64,000 nt of DNA from Antedon mediterranea (taxonomy: Eukaryota > Animalia > Echinodermata), in the NCBI RefSeq assembly GCF_964355755.1, contig NC_092673.1, positions 6,944,001 through 7,008,000 on the forward strand, in the 5' to 3' direction. Shown piece by piece: positions 23,880 through 35,989 of this stretch. Every line of letters begins with the position of its first letter. Position 1 is the first letter of the stretch. The notes under the pieces were generated by a model. That model did not search any database. It was not told the DNA's origin and was given only the letters and a program-made list of their open reading frames with translations. Made by a program: the position numbers and the translations under genes.

Positions 23880-24633
23880 TAGAATATTATTATTATTATA
23901 TTATATCCATTTAGGCAACATTTGGCCGGATGGTTTTGTGGCATTTTTTAATAGTTTTAAACTCACGCTTACCTTGAAAATAAACAGAAAATGTAGTTTA
24001 AGTTTTACTAAACTTGCACATGGACAATGAAATAGGAATATCTTATTATATACATAACGGGTTTGAGAGCGTTTTAGTTGCCGTTTTATTGTCAATATAT
24101 TTAGTCAATTAAGAAAAATAGAGACGCTTAAAATGTTCGTAGACCTATATATCACATAACGTGATTTACAGATTAATTTCACAATGAATCTTTAATAGGT
24201 CAACATCGTTTAAGATCAATTTAATTATCTTAAATGTTATTTGTTTCCCGGTGTGTGAAATACGCATCGAGTGTAAACAACAGGAAAATATAATATTAAT
24301 ACATAATGGAGTTTCCTCTGATCCGCCTTCAAGCGAGGTAAAAGTGGAGTGTTTTGTCTCTCATCCGTTATGACTGATCAACTATATACGTTTAATATTC
24401 TATTAAATGTATGTACAAGCATACACTTCAAACGACAAGAGATGAGCATAGTGATGTTATCGACCGGTGCTGTAGCGGCCTCCATTGAATAGTATATGCA
24501 GTATTCGAATAAAATATCAGTTTAATAATTTTAAGAAAGAAATTGTTCAAAACCAATACTCCTTGTGTTTTATTAGATTTAAAATATCTCTGTCATCAAA
24601 ATGGGCTTGTATTACATTTCCACCTCAACGATT

Positions 24634-25649
24634 AGAGAGTTTTCGCAATCTTACGAATACGATAACGAAAACGGATACGTAACGCACACGTATTCGTTTT
24701 TCGTAAGCAAATCTGTTTCGCATGGCAACAAAATATTGAGGGCGCCGTCCAAAATATGACTGCGGTAAATTTGAGCGAAGCGCAGGTGATGTGTTGCTTG
24801 GTACTTGGCTGCCTAGACCTAGCGTAACATCAAAGCGAGTGAGGACTTTTACAACTGCTATTAGGGAGGTTTCGCAACCTTACGAATACGATAACGAAAA
24901 CGGATACGTCATACATTTGTGAAACTTTTGAGCTGATCCCCATTTCATATTCGTAAAGCGTATTCGTGTTGACGAATATCACCAGTCATATTCGTAACTA
25001 CAAAACGAGTATAGTTTTTGATCTATTTTGCACATTTTGCATTTGAATCAGGAATGATTCATGATTATAATATAATTATAGATTTATTGAAAGTAATTTA
25101 CTAAAGTAATTTACTAAAATGCCAAGTCAATTTTGATAAATAGCAGTTTTTAAAGTCCTCACTCGCTTTGATGTTACGCTAGGCCTAGGCAGCCAAGCAC
25201 CAAGCAACACGTACCGGCGCTTCGCTCAAATTTACCGCAGTCATATTTTGGACGCGCCTCAATATTTCGTTGCCATGCGAAACAGATTTTTTTATGGCTT
25301 ACGAATACGTGTGCGTGACGTATCCGTTTTCGTTATCGTATTCGTAAGATTGCGAAACCTCTCTATTTATCAAAATTGACCTGCCATTTTAGTAAATTAC
25401 TTTATTAAATTACTTTCAATAAAAGTATAATTATATTATAATCATGAATCATTCCTGATTCAAATGCAAAATGTGCAAAATAGATCAAAAACTATAGGCC
25501 TACTCGTTTTGTAGTTACGAATATGACTGGTGATATTCTTCAACACAAATACGCTTTACGAATATGAAATGGGGATCAGCTCAAAAGTTTCACAAATGTG
25601 TGACGTATCCGTTTTCGTTATCGTATTCGTAAGGTTGCGAAATCTCCCT
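24634..25649. mobile_element. About 500-bp MITE with a second copy of itself nested in reverse orientation (24863-25364)
   Basis: TIRs AGRGAG(G/T)TTTCGCAA(T/C)CTTACGAATACGATAACGAAAACGGATACG. Both outer and inner elements are flanked by ATT..ATT 3-bp TSDs. Confidence 0.88.
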
Positions 25650-27230
25650 ATTATCTCACTTATTACTAATACTGGAAAACATATAGATCGTTCACACAAA
25701 GCATTATAGACTTGCATCTATAGTTATTCTTTTTACGTTTTGCATTCTCTTACGATGATTCGATTGTCCATAACTTGCTCAAGTACAGACAAGACACGCC
25801 ATGTGTGCCAAAATTCAACTCAATTAATGTTTCTGTCACAGTAGTATGCACTGTAACTATTTCTTCAGTTTGTCAACTGATTCGCTATGAATGGATATCT
25901 TACTCTAACACGCATGCGCATTAATGAGAGGTCACCAACTCGAATCCCTCAACTGACCATAATTTTCGAGATTTGCACGAGCGAGGTAATCACAATCACA
26001 AATAATAAGTATTTACGCATCGGTTATTCAAAAGTTAATTATAATTATATCAAAAGCTTGCACTATAATTAGATAACGTAATGTAATTCTAATAAGCACT
26101 TAAATCTTAATTTAGCTTAACTTAGACAACAATTTGCCAAAAATACTTCTCACTAACAGGTACATTAGCGCGTGGTTTCTAATGATTTACGCTTCAACTT
26201 AAGCCTTCAAAAGTGACCGCTACAAGACACAGAAATATTAATAATGAGTCCACGGTGTTTACATATATACAATGTTAATTTCTTAGACATTCTACTCTCC
26301 ATGTAATATCCGGTTGAATGATGTTTAAATCAATAATTTGACCACTATACAATTACAAGCGTGTTGTTTCCAATACGCAGTATAAAAACTTGCACTTCGT
26401 ATCAAATTAACTAAACACTTGTGCCAGTTTTAACTGCTATTCTGTACTTTTTGATAACGTTTCCTACGTTTGAATAGCATATTAGTTTGTGCTCGTTTAG
26501 TAATACAAAACGATAGAGAGCTTAATTAAAATACTGGTAATAAATATAGTGGTGTATAAGTAAAGTGCAATACACAACGCACGCAAATAACTTCTCACAA
26601 TGATAGTATTTAATGAAAATGATGTTATTGAAGATGAAGACAATGCAGTTGATGACGATTTCGATTTACATGATAAAAATGATTGAGATGATGATGACGA
26701 TATTAGAGATGGGTGATAATTAATAAATAATAATTATGATGGCCTGATAATGAGTAAGAAGTTAGGCATAATATGATTATGGGGTTGTAATTATGTGATA
26801 ACTTTGTTAGTAAGTTAATAAATGCAAATTTTTGCCAATTATTCTTGCAACAAAACAAAGTGTTCATGGTAAATTACATTGGACTGTAACATAATGAATC
26901 GTTCATATAACTGCAATGATACAACATCATTAACTTCAAATTAAACAAAAGTGGATTGATTATATTTGTCCAAATTGATGTTATTAGTTACCATTACGAG
27001 ACAATGCTTGATGCTGATCAATACATAAAACGAGTATGCAAACTGATACATAAAAAAGGGCATTGATACCTCCTGATTTGACGTCTGAACATTTGATCAG
27101 GTGACTCAATCAATCGGCAAACAATTGTAGGCCTACGGGAACCAATGTTGCTGCTCTCCAATGCGTATAACAAGAATGAAGAAAACAATGTTTAATCTCA
27201 GGAGTTGGTAATTCTGGACAATACTTGAAG

Positions 27231-30200
27231 ATGAACAGACTTACTTGTCTCTCACGATTGTCTATATTCAAACTTACATTATTAAAATTGATTATTTTTA
27301 TTCTTATTTGTACGTGTTTTTCAGGTAAGTGTATTCATATAATTTTATAATTATTAGTAGTATAAGTATTACGCTATAATGTTCCAAAAGGGAGTGAATG
27401 GACTCCATAATACATTTTTTGAGTATCAATGTATCATCCATGATTGCGATGTTATGTATTGTCAGGAAAGTAGTATATATTTATCTTTTAAAATGCGGTA
27501 AATACACAGCAATTACTCTGAATATATCTATATCTCTCTTAGATACACAATATATTATTCTGAATATAATGTTTTCTTTTCTTTCCCAAATGAATAAAAT
27601 AGAGGACTTTGTCCTAATAACAGATAACGATAAAGATGTCATTTTCAAAGCGACTATACCAAAAGAGGTGTGTTTACCAAATCTTGAATTTTCTCCCATC
27701 GGTAATATAAGCACAGGCTGGGGTGTATCTGTAGCGTATGACGACATAGACGACCGTGTGTATTGGACGGATTTATCGGGTGATGAAGGCATATATCGAT
27801 CCTATCTGAACGGAACAAATGTAGAAAGAATTGTCACTGCTGAGTACGGTGAGAAACATAACTATCAATATACAGGTATCCCTCAAATTAAAGACAACTT
27901 TTATGACCAGCGTTTCAATGATCCAATTAGTGTATCAGGTCTTTAATTAGAATCAATCCTATCAAAGTTCGGAATAGAAGTGGTCTTTAAATTACTTTAT
28001 TTAGAGGGATCGTCAGAATGTTTATCTTGTTCCACGAACTATGATGGTAAATGTATTCAGGTTGTACGTGTATGTAAGTTGTAATCAGGTTTGTGTGAAG
28101 TATTTGTCTGGTTTTCAATGACTGTTCTACCTACACATGCATTGATTATAACAGTTTATCGGTCTTTAATTGGAGGGAAAATTTGAAAATAAATGGTCAA
28201 TTGGTTCCACTCAAACCGTGGTCTTATGTTCTAATTAATGGAAATTTATAACTGGAGAGAGCATGAGCTATTGGTAAAAGAGAGATCGTTCAGGACCGCA
28301 GTGCAACGGTCTTTAATTGGATAGGGTCTTTCATTGGAGGGAGACGTTGAAGTGTTACTTGTTCTCCCGTCTACCTTATGTTCATTGCTTTGTATATTTC
28401 TTCTTAGGCCTACTTCCTGGCATTTTAAAAACCTCCGCACATTAGATTGCTTTTATAAACTTTTCGGGTGGTTATTTTTCAACATCTTCTATACACATTC
28501 AACAATATACAAGACGGACACACACAATGTCTTGTTTGGCCTCGTATAATCCGTAATATAATAGCCATGTCGAACAGATATCAGGATCAAGATTGACGCT
28601 AACGTGGAGAATTGTTTTTAATTGTATTTAAACTTTATTAAAGTATTATAACATCCCTCTTTAAATTAGAAATTCGCTCAATGACACTGGACACGGTTAA
28701 TCGAAAGATTTACTATGTCAATATTGTGGCAGGATCACTTCTGAAAGCAAACTTAGACGGCTCCGGAGGTGAAACAATTAAAGAGTATATTGCAGCATCA
28801 TCGTCCCAGACCAGAGGTTTAGTGGTCAGTGTGGAACATGAGTAAGTATATACTAAATTATTTTATCTTATCCAATAAATATAGGCAACATCGCATGACA
28901 GCCGCTGTAACCGTAAGGTGATACAGGCGCCACATATGATACATACTGTACTACAATTTGCCTATTATACTAAACATACATTTAAAGAGAATATGGGATC
29001 GTCTTCCGGTTTGTTGATCTAGATAGGCGCTACACTGCCGACTTCCATGGGGCCGCGCGCGGAAGGTTATGGTCCTATTTTCTATTTCCAATTAAGCATG
29101 AGGACGATAATAAATACTTTTAAATTTAGGCCTACTCCTTTTTGTTATCTTTAATTAAGTTCAGGCAAAAGAATGATATATTTACCGCGTTTGTCTTAAT
29201 ATGTTTCTACTTTTTTCCAGCCTGTGCTTTTACGGAAAAAAACTTAAAGTAATCCGTTTTCAGTTGTCTTCACCGGTAAATGAATTACAGTACACCACGA
29301 CAGACTGGGTTTCTGCTCTCGCTGTCGATTTTACAGGTTTCAGTTGGTTTTTTGTTAATAGAAGGGGAAAAGATAACTGATTTCAGCTCAATTTGAACAC
29401 GAAACTATTGGGAATGTTTGACATTAAAGCTTGGTTCCCACGAGGACGCAACGCAAGGACGAAAGCTGCAACGCAAGCAAATTAAACAATAACAAGCGAT
29501 GGATTATTCGAACTGTCACTTGTGATTTGTCAATTCACTAGGGTTGTGCTTACGTCCTTGCGCTGCATCCTAGTGGGAATGGTAAATTATCGTACCTATA
29601 ACACAGCGGTCAGTATATCCTCTAAATCGATAGTTGTTTTCATACAGCCGGTTCTTCGTCAGAATTCGTCAAAAATTCGACAAATTAGAAAAATAAACAA
29701 AGATACAGCTTGTTGAGATCCCTTGGTCAATTCGGTTATTAATAGTTAGATGTGTTTTGTATTATCAGGATTATTTCCCAAGCAAGTTCGAAAATAATGG
29801 ACTATATTCTTTAGTTAATTTCAAATTCTCGTCGTTGCTATTGCCAGATGGGCCTTTATATTAGTCCCCTTCTTTGGAACACCCCTATTCATGGGACACC
29901 TCTATTAATGAAACACTTTCCCACGAAACGATAGGTAATATAGTTTTAGGACTACTGTGTTCCTCAGGGAACGCCCAAATTAAGGGACAGGGAGTGTGTG
30001 TTGATCCCACCCATATAAACAAAAAACACGAACGAATTATTTTCGGCCATACTGCGTTGAAACACCGGTTCTCGTCAGATCACCAAAGTTAAGCAACGTT
30101 GGGCCCGGTTGCGTTTTGGATGGGAGACCATCTAGAAATCGTGGCGGGTGCTGTATATACTGGGGAATGATGGTGTAATGGTAATATCGGACTAGCATGT

Positions 30201-33200
30201 GATAGGCATGGGTTCGAGGTTATCTGTACCATACTAATTGCATCCTTAGGCAAGATGCTTTACTCTCATTGCCTAATCTGGTAGGCGCTGCACTGCTGGC
30301 TGCCGTGGGTCCGTGGAGGGCCTAATCCGAATTTCCTCACTGAGGACAAATATTAATACAAAATACAAAAAAAAAAAAATACAATTTATATCGTTATTAT
30401 TACAAAATTGATATAAATAATATATTAAAATGATACTTATGTTGGGTCCCAAAGGTGTCCTCTCATTAGAGGTCCACAATACTTCCGTTCCGTCGTTACA
30501 ACAGTAAAAGAAACTGAATTCAATCCTGATTTTTCTTTTTTTTTTAGCTGAAAGGGTTTATTGGAGCGACAAAGGGGAAAGTCATATAATGATAGCGGCT
30601 CTGAATTTTACAAATGTTCAGCAACTTGTGAATTTCCCACCATGCGGAGTGGCTCGAGATATAACTCTTTATGCAAATAGTGTCTATTGGATATGCTCTA
30701 ATGACGGTCTTTATCGAGCCGATAAAGAAACGGGGAACAATATCGAGACACTCAGTGATACATTCGTTAATCCATTTGGAATGTTCATATATGACGGTAA
30801 GCCATTATATTATTTTACGTAAAGAAATGTGGTCACTGACGAGGATGGTCGCGTACGATGGATGAGGTCACTTTTGGGAGGTAGTCGCTTACAAGATGGC
30901 CGTTTTTAGGAAGGAGGTCGCTTACGAGATGTGCATAGACTGTCCCTACTCAAAACCTAAATTTTTTAGGTGCAATATCGTTCATCATACATGTCCAGAA
31001 AAAGGCCGAATTAACCACCGACTCGTGTTGCATAAAAATATATATTTCAAGTTTATTACATTTCCATTGCATATGATTAACATGGTAAAAAATCTATTTT
31101 TTATTCCAACAGATCCATTGTGGGATACAATCGAGCTTATGTGTACAACAATTGCAGGTTAGAAATCCATTTTGAGCTTTAGAGTGAAATGAAACAAACC
31201 AACTGATTGTTTAAACATCATTCTACTAACGAACTTCACAATTTCTTTTTACTGTAGTAACAACAGATGTAACCACTGACAAAACAACATATGCAACAAC
31301 GGACACAACAACAGATGCAACAACGGACATAACAACAGATGCAACAACGGACACAACAACAGATGCAACAAAAGACATAACAACAGATGCAACAACGGAC
31401 ATAACAACAGATGCAACAACGGACATAACAACAGATGCAACAACGGACACAACAACAGATGCCACAAAAGACATAACAACAGATGCAACAACGGACATAG
31501 CAACAGATGCAACAACGGACATAACAACAGATGCCACAACGGACATAACAACAGATGCAACAACGGACATAACAACAGATGCAACAACGGACATAACAAC
31601 AGATGCAACAACGGACATAACAACAGATGCAACAACGGACATAACAACAGATGCAACAACGGACATAGCAACAGATGCAACAACGGACATAACAACAGAT
31701 GCCACAACGGACATAACAACAGATGCAACAACGGACATAACAACAGATGCAACAACGGACATAACAACAGATGCAACAACGGACACAACAACAGATGCAA
31801 CAACGGACATAACAACAGATGCAACAACGGACATAACAACAGATGCAACAACGGACATAACAACAGATGCAACAACGGACATAACAACAGATGCAACAAC
31901 GGACATAACAACAGATGCCACAAAAGACATAACAACAGATGCAACAACGGACATAGCAACAGATGCAACAACGGACATAACAACATATGCAACAACGGAC
32001 ACAACAACAGATGCCACAAAAGACATAACAACAGCCACAACAACGGACACAACAACAGATGCAACAACGGACATAACAGATGCAACAACGGACACAACAA
32101 CAGATGCAACAACGGACATAACAACAGATGCAACAACGGACACAACAACAGATGCAACAACGGACATAACAACAGATGCAACAACGGACACAACAACAGA
32201 TGCAACAACGGACATAGCAACATATGCAACAACGGACACAAAAACAGATGCAACAACGGACATAACAACAGATGCAACAACGGACACAACAATAGATGCA
32301 ACAACGGACATAACAACAGATGCAACAACGGACACAACAACAGATGCAACAACGGACACAACAACAGATGCAACAACGGACATAACAACAGATGCAACAA
32401 CGGACACAACAACAGATGCAACAACGGACATAACAACAGATGCAACAACGGACACAACAACAGATGCAACAACGGACACAACAACAGATGCAACAACGGA
32501 CACAACAACAGATGCAACAACGGACACAACAATAGATGCAACAACGGACATAACAACAGATGCAACAACGGACACAACAACAGATGCAACAACGGACATA
32601 GCAACATATGCAACAACAGACACAATAACAGATGCAACGATGGACACAACAACAGATGCAACGACGGACACAACAACCGATTCAACAACGGACACAACAA
32701 TAAACACGATCAATCAAAGTAAGCAGTCTTGATTTTACATTATCTTAATGTTCGAACCTAATTACTCTACTGTAAATCTAAGTCACGCAATGAATTCATT
32801 TTACAGGTTCAACAAAAATAAAACGAAGCTGTGTAGCATCAAAAATTGGTAATGCATTTGTTATATGCAAATTAAAAGGGTTGTTCAGAAAATTACCACT
32901 GCACGAATCATTCAATTCACAGATCATTTGTATTCGTTTTCTTTTTTTCATCTGGTATTTATTTACTCGTGTCTATTCGTCAATTTACACATTCGTTATT
33001 AAAGTATTTTACTTGTTTTGTTTTGTATGTAGATATTATGTGTTTGTTTGTTTGTACGCACGTACACGTCCACAATTTTAAAGTCATCGTCAAGATTTTT
33101 GTTGCAAATAGGCATATACCAAGGCATCATTCCCGTTGATATTCGGGAAAATCGATATATTGGTGACGTAACAAAAACTTAATAAATAAGTGTAGTTACC

Positions 33201-34536
33201 ATTATCTAAAGATTTTATAGCCTAAGTCTAGATTGCAAACGCCATGTTATCGCAGTACAAAAAGTGACACTTCATTAAGAAGGAACCAACAAGATGGTGG
33301 CTGCAATCGACGAATCAGATATGCCATACACAGTATACAAATAATGAATGTTTATGAGTGTAATGGTACAAATAATGGCATGAGGTGGACGATGAAAGGT
33401 TATAAATAAACGAGGCGACAGTCGAGTTGATATATAACCTTTTATCATTCACCAAATGCCATTATTTGTACCATTACACGAATATAAAACATCCATTATC
33501 TGTTTTATTTAACATCTAAATAGATTCCTGTCATTTAAATCAAATAAAAGGTAGGCCTAGCCAATGCCTACATTTGAATCACAATTGATTATACTATATA
33601 TGGATTTTATAAATGCACCTACTGTTCTAGGTCTATACCTATCTAGGCCTAGGCTGAAAGACAGCTATGAAACGTCGACGGGCTTGTAGAGATGTTCCCA
33701 TTAATAAAAAAAAATCCTAAAAACGGTCCAAAGTTAATTTAAATGCCTTTTTGATCTATATTAGTACATATATATCTCTCCAAAAATATACTTCCATTGG
33801 TAAACCAGTCAATAACATTTGGGACGAAAGTACAAAATAAGTGGCGATGTTATATTTCAAAAACAATAGTATAAAAACAATATTTTCCAAAATCCAAACA
33901 GATTTTTTTCGTACACGAAAAAAGCACTATTAAACGATAATTTTAAATCGGCCGAATAGTGAATAGCGCGCCCTCTGTCGCTCTCTGCATTTCAGAATTC
34001 TTTACGAAACCAACTATTCATTTTTCGTTTTATCCGTTAATCCAATTCAGCATTCATTCATATCCAAATATCTGGAAAATATTAATATTAATCGATCTAA
34101 AAAGCCTTATTTTTTCTAATAACAATGTAAATGTTATTCCCGGAGTAACCTGTAAGTCTATACAGGATCCACCACCGATTAATGTTGTCATTAAACCCGT
34201 CATGTCAACTGACAAAGCTATTTATATGATTGTCAGTCAGGTTTAGTGATTTAAAATGTCACAACTGTTTTTTATTTAGCTGTACGGGGCTACTTCAGAA
34301 AGGTCAGCGTGGATGGACAAGACGTTTGCCTGTTGGATCAAACCATTTCTAGCAAACACGTTAGTAGCGTTATAGACTGTGCACTCGTGTGTTTGTCCCA
34401 TTCATTTTGTAATGGCTTTGTTGTCAGTAATCATCCATACTTAATATGTTCATTACTGGACAGGACGTTTATTCGAAGAAAAGTAACTTCTATAAATTGT
34501 AATACTTATAAAAAGTATTTGAATGTATCAAAGTGA
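27231..34536 (+). CDS. Secreted YWTD beta-propeller / Thr-Asp mucin / PAN-apple protein (paralog A, 9 exons)
   Basis: Exons 27231-27324 (signal peptide), 27603-27848 (RVYWTD), 28670-28841 (KIYYVN), 29221-29336, 30548-30796 (RVYWSD, SVYWIC), 31113-31157, 31258-32718 (mucin, 1461 bp), 32807-32848, 34280-34536 (PAN, 6 Cys). All GT-AG and in frame. AATAAA near 34738. No TM segment. Confidence 0.9.
29425..29580. mobile_element. Small hairpin MITE in intron 4 (paralogous copy 45433-45690)
   Basis: cttggttcccactaggacg / cgtcctagtgggaaccaag inverted ends, clearest in the 45433 copy. Related sequence at about 13053-13210. Confidence 0.6.
30044..30378 (+). mobile_element. SINE with 5S rRNA-derived head followed by a tRNA-like segment
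   Basis: 30044-30155 follows 5S rRNA (cggccatac..caccggttctcgtc.gatcacc.aagttaagcaacg..ggatgggagacc..gggtgctgta) with decayed positions. Then tggtgtaatggta..gggttcgag boxes, a tccttaggcaagatgcttt core-like motif and an A-rich tail. Absent from paralog B. Confidence 0.85.
31258..32700 (+). repeat. Coding 12/24-bp minisatellite (TTDATTDI/T)
   Basis: acaacagatgca-acaacggacata alternation throughout the exon. Confidence 0.95.
33343..33500. repeat. Palindromic non-autonomous element
   Basis: gtgtaatggtacaaataatggca..aaaggttata / tataaccttt..tgccattatttgtaccattacac arms around a cgaggcgacagtcgag centre. Confidence 0.6.
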
Positions 34537-34768
34537 ATATCAGGTTTTTTGATTTTGATTATTGAAACAAATACAGTTCTAGATGTTATATTATAGTATG
34601 ACGAAGAAAACACGCATGCGAACGCAATGCTACACTTAGTTTATGCACATTTTCAAAATAGCTGTTTCCGACAAAGTTATGATATCCATTTTGCGTTGGT
34701 CTATTGTTAAGTATGCTTATATTTATTCTGAATTGTAAATAAATATTGTTAAGTTTTGATATATATCA

Positions 34769-34804
<36 letters not shown>

Positions 34805-34807
34805 CAC

Positions 34808-34848
34808 TTGCACTGATGAAGGGCTAGTGTTGCCCGAAAGCTCTGCTA
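34808..34848 (+). ncRNA. Minimal hammerhead ribozyme in a solo PLE 3' end (34802-34962)
   Basis: GCA-CTGATGA-A-GGGC(tagtgtt)GCCC-GAAA-GC-TC-TGC. The 160-bp host fragment is nearly identical to the 3' end of the PLE at 61539-61698. Confidence 0.8.
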
Positions 34849-35073
34849 ACTTTTCTGGCTGTTTACTTTATCGTTTTGATTTAGCTTTTCGCTTTTTATT
34901 TTTGTATCTCCATTGAGATCCAGCCACTGATACCCACAGCATTGTCATTTTTTTCAGTAATTTATATATACATATATATATATATATATATAAATCAAAG
35001 AGCTGCATAGGCAGGATATAGAAAAAAATCAAGATCAAATAAGTTAAAACTGCCTCAATATAGATTTATTTTA

Positions 35074-35107
35074 ACGACATGTTTCGGGCATAGCCCATCA
35101 TCAGGTG
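35074..35107 (-). ncRNA. Minimal hammerhead ribozyme in a second PLE end fragment (about 34992-35205)
   Basis: Reverse complement AC-CTGATGA-T-GGGC(tat)GCCC-GAAA-CATG-TC-GT with palindromic stem III. Confidence 0.75.
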
Positions 35108-35212
35108 AAAAGAATTGTAACAAAGGATAACATATATAAGTCACAAAATTACATAATAAAACAAATCAACCAATCAAAGATGTTAACAAACAAAAGGCAT
35201 AGTTATATATAT

Positions 35213-35565
35213 ACAAATCAGGCAAAGAACATTAATTCTAAACCGCCCGGTGAAATACTGAAATTTAATTAATTAATTTGAAACGATAAAGATGAGGAAA
35301 TCTGTGAGAATGAGAAAAAGTCGCCCCAACCGAGACTCGAACTCGGACCGCCTGCTTGATATGCAGATGTCCTAACCATTAGACCACTGGGGCTTTCATG
35401 GTATTGTTCGAACTCGATTGGATAGCGACTCTTTAACATTCTCGGCGTGGTACGGCGGAACAGCACTAGTCCTCAGTTGTACGCACGCGCACCAGAGATC
35501 AAATTGATACGCCCTCATCTTACAGTATTTTTATTCACGAGGCGGGATCTCCGAAGAGATACTTT
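35213..35565 (-). mobile_element. tRNA-containing repeat, copy 3 (start of a further tandem copy at 35575-35593)
   Basis: Reverse complement of the 7852/8198 unit; (TA)n flanks. Confidence 0.8.
35323..35393 (-). tRNA. tRNA-like cloverleaf (anticodon ATC, Asp-like) inside a repeat; probably not a canonical tRNA gene
   Basis: GCCCCAG-TG-GTCT(AATGGTTA)GGAC-A-TCTGC(ATATCAA)GCAGG-CGGT-CCGAG(TTCGAGT)CTCGG-TTGGGGC: all four stems pair, but A32 and an ATC anticodon are atypical. Confidence 0.55.
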
Positions 35566-35989
35566 TTATATATAAACAAATCAGGCAAAGAACTAATGAG
35601 CGGAGGTACTCAGATCATACGACTGGTTTAGTTTAGTTACTTAGCCTCCCTACTATTACTATTAGTACATAATAAATGTTTTTTTATTTTCATTTTTATC
35701 TTAGAATAATAGTAATAACAAACAAATAGTACATAAGATTTGACAAATATCAAGGTAAAGCTCAAGAAAGAGGGCAGAGATAGAACGACATTAACATTTC
35801 TCGTAATGAGCGGAGGTGCTCAGATCATACGACTGGTTTAGTTTTTACTTAGCCTACTATTACTGTGGACATTGGATATTAACATCAAGGTGAAAAGACC
35901 TGAACATCAGCAGGCGCTAACTACAACACTGTACTATATGTTTAAGAGAATATTATGCCACAATAGCCACCAGGCATGTTAATAATAGT

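Larger units (their letters stand above)
26010..34760 (+). repeat. Tandem segmental duplication unit 1 (paralogous to 39272-53925)
   Basis: Colinear similarity through about 1.2 kb of upstream DNA, all exons, much intron sequence and the 3' UTR; the units differ by TE insertions and mucin length. Confidence 0.9.

Noticed and set aside
27398-27946. LRP/vitellogenin-receptor gene call from the YWTD motif
   Set aside because: No LDLa, EGF, TM or NPxY exons in the gene model, so no gene symbol was assigned.
30044-30155. Functional 5S rRNA gene
   Set aside because: Substitutions and indels in the internal control region, no T-run terminator, single copy, and it continues into a SINE body.
31226-32713. 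Minus-strand VVAS and LLCPLLH ORFs (also 47425-50656)
   Set aside because: Shadows of the + strand TTDA repeat exon; no splice or start context.
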